Shown one piece after another: positions 51,225 to 62,540 of a stretch of 64,000 nt of DNA. The translations under genes and the position numbers were made by a program. The stretch lies in NCBI GenBank assembly GCA_964234715.1, contig OZ174278.1. One strand, given 5' to 3'. The notes below the pieces were generated by a model. It was not told where the DNA came from. It did no database searches and saw nothing but the letters and a program-made list of their open reading frames with translations. Position 1 is the stretch's first letter. Every line of letters begins with the position of its first letter. The stretch is from Podarcis melisellensis (taxonomy: Eukaryota).

Positions 51225-52380
51225 GGGCCACCAGGGGGCGCATTGGAAGATGGCTGACAATAACATCTCTCCGACCCACACGAGGTAATTAAGAGGCTGC
51301 TATGGGAAGTATGCAGCCTTCCCGGGCCCCCCCAAGGGGATGGGGAGGACTGCCTTGCCAGCGGTGTCCATAATTCACCCCAGATTCGAAAGAAGGGGGT
51401 GTGGACACTTGGCACAAGCCCTCGTCTGAAGTTGGCTCTTCCTGATGCTATCTCCAATCAGTGCACTGGTTCGCTTTGGCTTGAAATATATAATTGGAAA
51501 TACATAATTGGAAAGAAGCTAAAGCACATACATCAAGCGAAGCTCGGGAGAAAGACTGCTGATTAATGGATCTCTGTGAGCGGAGAGACAGGTGGGACAA
51601 ATAAATCAAGTGAGGAATCACCATTAAAAGACTGGTATGTTTGGAGTGAAACGGAAAGGGGGTGGAGGAAAAAACTTTTCTTTTCTTTGCCTTATGTGAG
51701 TATTAATAACCCTCCACCCCAGAAAGAAGAATCGTTGCAGTTTATTAATCACAAGCAGGAATTCAAGAACTGTGTGGAGTGAATTATTGATCAAAGAGAG
51801 GATTGGTAAACATTGGAGAACGGAGGAAAGTTTTATGACACAGTTTCAAATGGCGTCTCGCTAAGACAGGCTTGTCTAAGAAGTACGGGGGGGGGAGGAC
51901 CAGGGTCATCGGAATGTGAATGGTTATTGGAATGTGATCTAGACCTGGCAGAGTCCTCTGAGATATGTTTGGCAAACCTGGGGAAATCAACGGACAGACT
52001 GAGGGAAAGTCTCTTTACGGAGGTGTGGAAATGGCATCTGTCCTTATGTGATATGATGTTTGGAGAGTGTAAAACCCACACAGAGGATGTTTGTTTCCAA
52101 CCCGCTTGTGAAGATTATCAGAGATCGCAAAGAAAGGAATATATGATAACAACAAGAAGATGAGGAAAGTAACAAAGAGACTATCTGGACAGAACTGGAT
52201 AGAACTGTCTAATTAAAGCAGCCATATAAGTGATGTTTGGACCCCGTTTCGGAGCTTGTAGTATGGATACCCCCAACAAAAATTTAAAAATCTGGCTGTA
52301 TAATTTGGAACTAGTGCGATTTGGAAATAATGTGATTTGATTGGCCTGTTAATAAAAATTATATCTAAAAAAAAGAAGAA
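51225..52380 (+). mobile_element. Non-autonomous poly(A) retroelement (~1.16 kb), probably L1-mobilised
   Basis: 17-bp TSD gaagagggtagtgttgg (51208-51224, 52381-52397), AATAAA at 52351-52356, A-rich tail, GC-rich 5' end with aagatggc. No RT or endonuclease motifs seen. Confidence 0.82.
51227..51241 (+). promoter_or_regulatory. CTCF core consensus motif
   Basis: gccaccagggggcgc matches the CCACCAGGGGGCGC core. Binding is not demonstrated. Confidence 0.55.
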
Positions 52381-55300
52381 GAAGAGGGTAGTGTTGGTGG
52401 CTACTAGTGCTTTCCACCATTCTTGCTTGCCCACCAAACCACAGAGGTGAACATGCAGTAATTACATTGAGGAGTAGCAGCAGCAGTGTCTCAGAGGTCT
52501 TCAGCGGTCCCTTCCAGAGTGCAGAGCTTTAGCAGCTGCCCAAGTATGCTCTTTTATGTCATAAAAGCAAAGTCAGAAAGACTGCAACAGCACAGATCTT
52601 CTTTAACATTCTATCAGCTCAGTCAATTACGCTTAAAGAAGTTGGGGCCGGTAGAGGAGTAAGTAGTCAAGGAGTAGACTGAGAAAATGAAGGTTGGGGA
52701 TGAGATGGGGAAATCAGAATTGTGGGACAAGGTTTGATAATAGTTGCTTCCTAGTGGTGTGACCATGTTTGTACTTGTGTCCATATATCTATATTTATAT
52801 TTATGTACACTCACACACAAATACTTCTTGAGTGCTAAGAACCACAGGTAATCTGAGGACCCATAGTGGCAAAAACGGGTACAACCTTCTGAAATTTATG
52901 TGTTCATTGTTATTTAACACAATTAAATATGTCTTTGCAGTGGTTAACAAAAAGGTATATTCTAGGGCTCAGCATGGACCACCAATTCCAATTTGTGGTC
53001 ACGTTGCAGATTCAAATCTAGAAAATACAGATCTCCAGGTGGGTAGCCCCAGGGGATTTCATGCTAGCTATGTTTAAAATTTGCTTTCACTATATATATA
53101 TAATATAAAATTAAAGACCATGAATACTTAACCATGCTCCTAATAAATAATATTGTAACATAAAGGCTTTTACATTGTTGGCTGGGTTGCAATCAGAACA
53201 CCATTATCATAATAATATACAGGACTGGATATGCACAATGCGTGCACACACAGGACACAGGACTAATAAATATAGACTTAGAAAACTGCACATAACTGTA
53301 AATATATCTTAAAAACTAGAGGCAAAGGAGTGGTAAATACACAGACAATGAACATTTTGTTTAAAAGAATTAAGGATGGGATTGGGACATCTTTGGAAAG
53401 GATAGAAAACAAACACAAATTGAGGAGATGCCCAGCCCAATCAACTCCATCAAAGTTTCTAAGAGACAAAACTTGTAAAAGAGATCTCAAACACTGTAAC
53501 TGTTGGGTGAGACATGATTATTCTAGCCTTTCTCCAGCTCCCCTTCTTCCCCTCTCCCCATCTTGATGTTCTCCTTATATGGTGTTATAATTCATTATTG
53601 CAACAGTTTGGAGGCAGTCTATCTGGCTTTCTGAGAGACTGCTTTGAGCTACAAATCAGGATCAATAAATTTGGAGCAGCTCTGCTCTGCAGCGAATTGT
53701 AGCTGCCTCAACCTGATCCAGACAGGGCCCGAATCAGCCTGATTCAGTTTGGGAGTCAGACAGATCCAGTGTACTGCCCAAGTATATTCCAACAACAAGT
53801 TATTTCCTAACAGTGGTGTTTTATACATGTCCAAGCTGCAAAACCATCAAGAAGAAGAAGAAGAAGGGCATCACTGTGACTTATATATTGTATTTAGAAG
53901 GCATGTTTGGAATAAGGGCTCATCTAATCTTTTGGGGAGGGTTCGTTTCAATCCCTATAGCCATTGTAAAATGATAGAGAGGGGGAGAATGAACACATGC
54001 ATTTTAAAAAAGCAATCGTGTGGACAGATAACCACAAGCATAGATTTCTAGTTGTGTACTATGTACACCAACCTTGGACAATTACAGAGCTCATTGGCCA
54101 CCTGCCAGCAATATGTGTTTCTCTGTGGCAGCTATTAACATAAACTTGTTTACTGTAGACACCATCAAATCTGCTTCAGGGACTCATGCAGGGGTGGTGG
54201 TGATATTCAGACTGATTAAAACAGAAGTCATAAAACAATCATAGCAGGTCCCTTGTAGCATGGGTAGAATTGATACTGGTCTTGTATGTAGAGGGCAAAT
54301 GTCAGTGAAGTAGCATGCCCTACAAAAATGCAAAGAAAGATCAGAAATAATTCTGCTTTGGGTTGTTCAAAGCTTTGATCTTCCAATCTAATATGCCTCT
54401 GTGGCAGTCTAACCTTGCATTGTTATCTGAAGGATCAGAGCTCATATCTACAGACCTAACTAGTTTCATTGTGAATGTGACAGTCCGTGGTTTTAAACAA
54501 ACAAAATGAGTGTTGAGCTGAACCTTAAAAATTATTAAAGAGAATCTAGAGAGTAGACATTAGTCTTTTTATGAGCAGATCTGGCCATCTATTGAGATAA
54601 TATTTTAGATTTCTTTCCCTAGTAAAGTTTAAGATCTGTTTTGCAATAGGACCCTTTGGTGCCATGAACTATAGCTGTACTGCAGTGGGAACTGCAGTCA
54701 AAACAATAGCTTCACATATCACACAACATAGCATTATAATCCCAACTACAAGCCCGCAATGCCCATCCCATAGGCGAGATCCTAAGTACCATTACTAATT
54801 TGACGTTAGCCCACTTTGTCCTGCTGCTAGCAAATGTCTCATCATTTGTTTGGGCTGGTGGACCAACCAGCTCTTTAAAAAAGATGGGAGAACAACATAG
54901 AAAATGCAGTAATTTAGCCATGTGCCAGTTGCTGGAAACTGCAGGATGGAAGAGGGCTGTTCTGTTCAGGTCCTGCTTGGTTGGTCGCTGTGATCTTGAG
55001 GTCTGGTAGAGGCCACGTGCTGAACGTTGAACAAAAAGGTGGTTGGCTCCTCTCTGGTCACAGGCCTACAGCTTCCCTTTATGGAAAGATGGTTCCGCCT
55101 CCCTTCACAACAGCTTGGGTGAGGGAGTTTCCTTCAGCTGGTTTGGCCCTTAGCAGCAGGCATTAGATTTTCTAATGCTTGCCCATACTTTTGTTTGGCT
55201 TGGTGCTAGTATTCCTTGTTATATTTTAATAAATATAACCTTTTACCATACCCTTGTGTTGAGTCTTCATTCTGGCTGTGGGACAAATGATGTAAGTGCT

Positions 55301-57690
55301 GTTGGAAACAGCATTAAATTGCTTGTTGAAGCTTATAGTTGGAAGCCATTTACTGTCAGTTGGATCTACAGAATTCAGTAGCACCAGTTTGGATCAATGA
55401 TTTCATTTTCACTCCTTTAAGATAAAGAACATGATTTCTAAGTAGAAATTCTCTGAGTAAACATAAAGTCCATTTGAACTAATCTTTCACATATTTCCTA
55501 ACATTAGATTTACTGATGCTGTAGAAACAAGTATCAAAAAACTATAGCCATATTGTCAGTCTAAGTAACTTTTCTATGGCTTTGGAAATAATTGCAATTT
55601 CACCCTATCTTGTTCCTTCTCATTCTTCCTCATCGCCTGTCCAAATTTCCTTTCTTTTCTTTTTTATTTGGTCCCTTCTTCCTTTTCTATCTTGATTTTC
55701 ACCCTCTGTTCACCTTCCCGTAAGTATCAGCCACAAGCTCTAATGTGATGGAGCTTTGAGATTATATACACTAATGAAGGAAATAGGAGGAATTTTTACA
55801 GGAGCCAGTGGAGTTGTAGTATAATGATGTGTAAGATTGGAATCAGGCCTTTGGATCCCTGCAAGCAAAGAAATATGCTGCCAGCAGAAATTACTTGTCC
55901 CCAAAGATAAATTTTATTTAGTGCAACTGTATATTTACACAGCAACCAGAGAGTCCCACATGCATTTTGTTGCTGAGGGATATGAATGCAAACCACTGCA
56001 GTGTGAAGGTATCTAAAAAGAGAATGCAAAATACAAACCTGGTTAACTACATGAATATGAATGCCTACACAAATAACTGCACCTACAAGATGGAGAAAAA
56101 CATTCAAGAAGCAATGCAACAAAACTTCCAACAAAAAGTGCTTTAAATATATACATGTGGAAAGGTGTTTATAAAATACTTTTTTGCTTTTGGAAGTTGT
56201 GTTGCACACACTGCTACCTCAGTTTAATGCTGCTCCTTGCAGCTGCAGTTCTTCATATTCATATTCAAATTCATATTCAGGGGCAAAAACAGGTTTGTAT
56301 TCCCATATCCATAATACATATTGCATACATACACACAGACAGACAGACAAATGTACCAAACATAGTTTTTGTTGTAGGGTTGCCAATTCAAATAAAACTT
56401 TGGCACTCAAAATCTGCAGTTTTGCTGAAAGCTGCACAGTAGTCTGCTACAGCTGGCAGATCTACCAAAATCCATGAACTTTTTATGGGACCTTGATTCT
56501 TGCAGACATGAAGCTTGACCATCACTTATGACACCAAATAGTAGCCACTAATGCACAGCCTATGATCAGTGGATTGGCAGGATGTATTTGTTGCTAAACT
56601 GCACAACTGCTTGACGGCCAGTAGTAGCCAGTTCGCTAGCAAACCTAGTGGCTGCCACAGATAACAATAAAGGGAGAGGAAAAACACCGCTCCTGCTGCT
56701 GGGAGGTGAGGGTGATACACTCAGGAACCAGTACCATGCAACCACTTGTTGGCATCCTGTGATCATGTGGGGACAACTGTTTTATCAGCAATTGTACAAT
56801 TGCTTGACACTGGCTGAGGCACACCCGTATGAATGTATTTTCTTCTTCCTCCTATATTACTACACTGCAATTACAATGAGTTTTACTGGTACTTATCAAG
56901 CCACTACACTGGGCACTGTTTTTGATTGGCCGCACTGTATCTTCTAATTATCAAATAGAAATGTACAGTGACTTGATACTTTTGCTAACCATTGAATGTA
57001 GCTTCCTCAACCTAGTGCCTTCTAGATGATTTGGTCTAAAATTCTCTTTAACCCCAATGAGCATGGCCAGTGGTGAGAGACTGTGGGAAATGTTGTCCAA
57101 AACGTCTGGAAGATACCAGGTTGAGAAAGGAAGAAAATGGTAACTCACTGAAAGCCAGTACTGAAAGTTAGTTTATCTGACCTAAAGGCTCCTGTTTTTA
57201 TTTGTACAATCCATAAATCTATATGAAAATGTATGACCTTATTTAAAGCATTATCTGAAAGGCAGGTGACATTCAGACTGATGAAAACCCCAAATACCAA
57301 TGGCTAATTCTAAAAAGCATTGCTGAACAGAAAATTTCAAAATGTCACTTTTTGTAATACAGATGATATATAAATCGAGCTTCAGATTCTCTGTAAAGTA
57401 ATACACTTTGAACTTAAGTATTAGGAGATGTATGTTTTAGTCAAACATGGATTATACCTCTAAGATTGCTATTTAAAGTTAGCAAAATGTCCAAAGATAC
57501 TATCAACAAAATGTTCATAAGTAAATATATCAGAGTCAAGCCCACCAACAAATCAAGAGGTTCATACTGAGCTATTGCAATTATGAAAAATAATACAATG
57601 TGTTTCTCAAAAAGATTCTAAATATGCAAGTCTCTTGTCTAAGTTACTACAAAGTAACTTCTACCAGCTTTACAGTTGTTATCCATTTAA

Positions 57691-58046
57691 AGGTAAAGGT
57701 ACCCCTGCCCTTACGGGCCAGTCTTGCCAGACTCTGGGGTTGTGCGCCCATCTCACTCAAGAGGCCAGGGGCCAGCGCTGTCTGGAGACACTTCCGGGTC
57801 ACGTGGCCAGCGTGACATCGCTGCTCTGGCGAGCCAGAGCCGCACACGGAAACGCCGTTTACCTTCCCGCTACAAAGCGGTCCCTATTTATCTACTTGCA
57901 CCCGAGGGTGCTTTCGAACTGCTAGGTTGGCAGGCGCTGGGACCGAACAACGGGAGCGCACCCCGCCGCGGGGATTCGAACCGCCGACCTTTCGATCGGC
58001 AAGCCCTAGGCGCTGAGGCTTTAACCCACAGCGCCACCCGTGTCCC
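57691..58046 (-). mobile_element. Sauria SINE, young and CpG-rich
   Basis: Full length; 16-bp TSD gttgttatccatttaa (57675-57690, 58047-58062). Confidence 0.96.
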
Positions 58047-58226
58047 GTTGTTATCCATTTAAGCTTGGGATAAATTAGGTGCAAACTGTACACACTGAGC
58101 TAGATCGAAGGAAACCTGTATACAATGTCATCGTAACTCTCATTTATGGAGCACTTTAACTCTGGCATATGTAAGCACATAACCCCTGCTGGATCAAGCC
58201 TAAGAATAATCTAATACAGCATTATT

Positions 58227-58950
58227 TTGCGTGACCAAGCCATGACAGCCCCAGCCCTCAGGGATCATAAGAAAGGAATAAAGACTCTGACAACGTGTTA
58301 TGGAATTAAAATTAGGCCAAAACTTTATTAAACTTCCAAATGTAGGAAGACTTTGGCTTGGGGGTGTATCCCTCCGAGGCCCCCAGCTGGGGGAACTGGG
58401 GCACATCAGGGTAAAGGGGATATGGGGGTACACTGCGAGATGTATGTGTACGCAGGCAGCCCAGCCCATATCCCTGCATACACGGTAGTTCACTGACAAC
58501 CTTTCGGTGTATGGCCAGTGACACCTCTTATATAACCCCTTTTAAAAGGGGACCCTGGAATTGGCGCTGCAAGGGGGGGGGGGAATCGCCACTTCACGCC
58601 CCCCCCCCCAATTATATGCAAGAAAAGACTAAAGGATTCCACCCAAGGCCATAAACTGCCAAAGTTGTGACGAGTTGCTACGGGGGAGACAAAACCTGCC
58701 AATGCAGAAAAATTTCTTCCTGGACCTTCAACAGCAACCAGACAAAGACCGTAGCAGCGCCCGCTAAACAGGAAGAAAAAGTTAACCTGCAAACAAGAAA
58801 ATATTAAAGTAAGGGAGGGGAGGGTGGGTGAATCTCTTGAGCCGACTGCCTGGCTACTGTCAGCTCCACCCCCTATATATAAATGGGACTAGCCCCACCT
58901 CTCAGCAATGAAACTTGACTACTGAGGCTGGGCGTGAATCTCTTGAGCCG
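58227..58950 (-). mobile_element. Copy C of the CACGCAA-ended LTR-like family (more diverged)
   Basis: ttgcgtg at 58227, ggccaaaactttatt at 58315-58329, aagttgtgacgagttgctac at 58662-58681, TATA-like tract at 58874-58883. Confidence 0.6.
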
Positions 58951-59201
58951 ACTGAGAGGCAGGCCAGCCCCTGTTTTCTAATAACACTGAGAGGCAGGCC
59001 AGCCCCTGTTTGCTATTAAGTTCCCTGGGAACTGTAGCACTGCGCACAATCCTGCAAAGGGCACCCACAATGTAAAGTGTGAGTGCTCATTCTCACAGTG
59101 GTCCCCCCAATGCCTATTGAAAGACCACAAATAGGACATGAGTGACTTCCAGCAACTGCAATATTCAGAAGCATACTGCCTCCAGTACTGCAGGTAGTGC
59201 A

Positions 59202-59513
59202 TATTGGGATTTCAGCTCCGTTTGTTCGAGCGGATAAGGCTCATCTTTCTTTGAGCCCTCCCAGCAGAGTATTAAAACAATAAAGTCCACAACGGAAGGA
59301 TGAGATAGTATGGGCTACATTGCTATACTTTATTACTAAGCTATACAGAGAGCAACGAACAAAGGAAACAACAGAACAAAGGAAACAGGAAACCAGTAAC
59401 GTCACATCCCGTCTCCCTTTCCCATGAGACTCCAACAGTATCTGGACTCTGTGGAATGTAAACAGAGTCCTGTGACTGCAAGCAGCTGCACAGTGAGGAA
59501 ACAGAAACTAACA
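59202..59513 (-). mobile_element. Solo LTR (312 bp)
   Basis: 5-bp TSD gtgca (59197-59201, 59514-59518); - strand reads TGTTAG...CCCAATA with an internal AATAAA; interrupts an older repeat. Confidence 0.78.
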
Positions 59514-61183
59514 GTGCAGACTCATCATTCCTAGTAGCCACTGATAGCCTTATCCTTCATGGCTTATCTCAGTATTCGTTCATCTTGCAGATGAAAGACT
59601 AAGGATGAAATTATCCTCTGCCAAACGCCATCATACCCCCTGCAAATGTGTCACTAGTAGATACTGATTATCAGACTATTGTACTATATTCCATAAACGT
59701 CAACAGAATGCAAGCCGTATCAGTGGTTAGCTCTCCCATATTGCGAGCTCACGAAGAATTTATTATGGCAGACAGATTCATGTATGCTGTGGGTTAAATT
59801 AGCAGGAAATATTAAGATTCAGCATGTCACAGAAAAAATGTGAACAGTAATATGGATGGAAGGACTGCAACAAGATTTAAATTCTATTATAAGAAATTGT
59901 AATAAATTTGAAATGAATAAGGGTGATGAAAACATGAAAAGAATCACAATTAGGGTGTTCAGTCACTGCAATAGAATTCATTGACTTGCAACAACAAAAG
60001 GAAGGTCTTTTCCCCCTCCCCTGCTTTCTGCCCCCCCCTTGAATAAAGGTAGTAAGTATTTCACCAGGCACTTAAGAAGTCTTTGTGTGGAGCTTCATGC
60101 TTATTTGCTTATGGAAGTTACTGAAGTTGTCGTTAAAGGAAGAGAAATATATTATCTGCTAAAAGCTATTCAGATGTACAAGATTTAACAAGCCTATACA
60201 AAAAAAACCCCACCTTCGGAAAACAGAAGCAAAATATATTATTAGTAGCTAACAGAACAAATACATTGAAGTGGGAGAAGACTGTGGAAAGATGCTCCAC
60301 TGTAATGCAAGGGTGAGAAACAATCATTTGTTCAAATGAATAAATGAATAAAGATTGGGAGAGAAATTTTACTTTAGTGCTTTTCATTAGGGTATGTTTA
60401 CTAGAGCAGCAGGTGGTTGTGACAGAGTTTGCTAAGAAACCAACATTAAGCCAATGCTGCTTTGAGACAATGATCTGGAAGAATCATATACAGTAATGAC
60501 TGCCACGCTCCAGCATTATTATACTCTGTACTTGTGTTTTAAACACCCAGATGGAATATCTACAAGTTATGTGTATGTTTCAAATGAACACAGTGGCAGC
60601 TATGGGATAAATCAGGATAGTGGACATAGGTAACTTACAGTGTACCTAGGTAGACTCCACTCCATCATGTAGGATTAACTGATTAACTGTAGAATTACAT
60701 GTGGTTTCAGGATTTGTGCTGTCATATCAAGCTATCATGATGGATAAATAAGTCAAGGAAGAAGGCCAAATGGTGATATGGCAAGCTCCAAAATAGATGA
60801 AGGGTCTTGGAAACCTGCTTTAAACCTTATTCTTCCTACTGTGGTGATTTTGAGTTTACCTGCCATTTTCTAGTACAAAATCTCATTTTGGGAAATAGTC
60901 CGCAAAGCTTGCAATCAGTCAGTATCAGAGTATGTATGTAATTTTAATTTCTTGTGCCTTGATTCTGCCTATTGAATACAGGGATTAGGATCACATATGG
61001 ATGTCTAGAGAATCTCAGTTTAAAATTTAATAGTTTAGTTCTGGTGTATGGTAGCATTCATGACTTATCAAGCTCTAGTTGCCCAAGGTGCTTGCAGGTG
61101 TGGGGTATGATTTTATTAGCAGACTGAAATGATTTTTCCCCCAAGGGACCTGTAATTCACAGTATTACTTCTTCTTTCAATTA

Positions 61184-61424
61184 CAGTGGTACCTCGGGTT
61201 ACAAACACCTCAGATTACAAACACTTTGGGTTACAGACTCCTCTAACCGAGAAGTAGTACCTCAGGTTAAGAACTTTACCTGAGGATGAGAACAGAAATC
61301 GCATGCCGGTGGTGTGGCAGCAGCGGGACACCCCATTAGCGAAAGCGCACCTCAGGTTAAGAATGGTTTCAGGTTAAGAACGGACCTCCGGAACGAATTA
61401 AGTTCATAACTAGAGGTACCACTG
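61184..61424 (+). mobile_element. Tc1/mariner (Tigger-like) MITE
   Basis: ta|cagtggtacctcgggtta ... gaggtaccactg|ta. Confidence 0.92.
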
Positions 61425-62540
61425 TATTCATTAAAAGTCCTTATTATGAGAGGGGAAGCATTACTACAGTATCTCTGATAGGTCTCTGTATAGAAACTTC
61501 TAACGAAGTGAAGTCCGAAGTCCACCACCAAGACACTTGGGAGGCAAGGCTGGGGTCAACTAGCAGGTAAGGCCTTTCCTGCAGTATGGAATGCCTTGCT
61601 AACCAAGATCCATCAGGTTCCAGCACTATACTACTTTAGATGGTTGGTGAAGACTTGGTTTTTAAAAAATCCCTGTAGTTAATTCTGTAATTCTGTAATT
61701 TTGCTGGCTCAGCTCTGTTATTTGTGTGTTGCTGGAATATTCAATGGGTTGAATACTGTTAATTTCTGTGTTTGTTAGGTTTCCCAGCTCATATCATCAG
61801 AAAGTTCTTCTAAATGCTTAGTCTAAACATTTTGCTTGTAACTGATTTTGGTCCTACCCTCTGGAACAACAGAAAATACATTTGGTACAACATCTCTGTG
61901 ACAGCGCTGGTGATCAGTGTTAGAAACTGAGATATGAAAACTAGGAGCAAAATGGCACGTCAAACTTAGGTTATAGGCCAATGGAATGTCTATACACACT
62001 TTTTTTATACCAAGAATACAAAGCTAAAAATGAATGAACTGCAGCTAAAATATTATGTTCATTTTTCACACGGTCTATTCCTTCCCCTACCCACCCCTCT
62101 AATATTCTCAAGAGGGCCTCTTCTCTAGTCTTCAGAGAGTGGCTGCAAGTGGGGAGGCTGAAAAAGGTCCTCCTTTTCTTCCACTCTGCAGTTTTAATCT
62201 CAAATCGTAGGTGCAGTGCTGCGCCCAGACCTCAGAAACTGCTCGCGCTAATGAAATTCCCTGTCGCAAAATGCGCCTAGAACAATGGGAGTTTTGAATA
62301 CTGCTGATGATACCTGTTGCTTGCATGCATGAGACATATGGACTTCAGGAGCTGCTCTAAGTTGGAGGTACATAGGACCCTTTGAAATAGTTTGAACATA
62401 CGTTTTGGAATGTGTTACTGTCACTTAGTAATTTCATTCTACCAAAGCTTCTAGAGAAAATGGACAGTTCTAATTTCAATTGGAGATGCCATAATATTAG
62501 GATATTTTAAAATTTGGGGGATTGCACAGAACTGTTACCC

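Noticed and set aside
55796-56477. Cluster of 60-137 aa ORFs
   Set aside because: Low-complexity AT-rich sequence with (ATATTC)n repeats and no domain or splice support.
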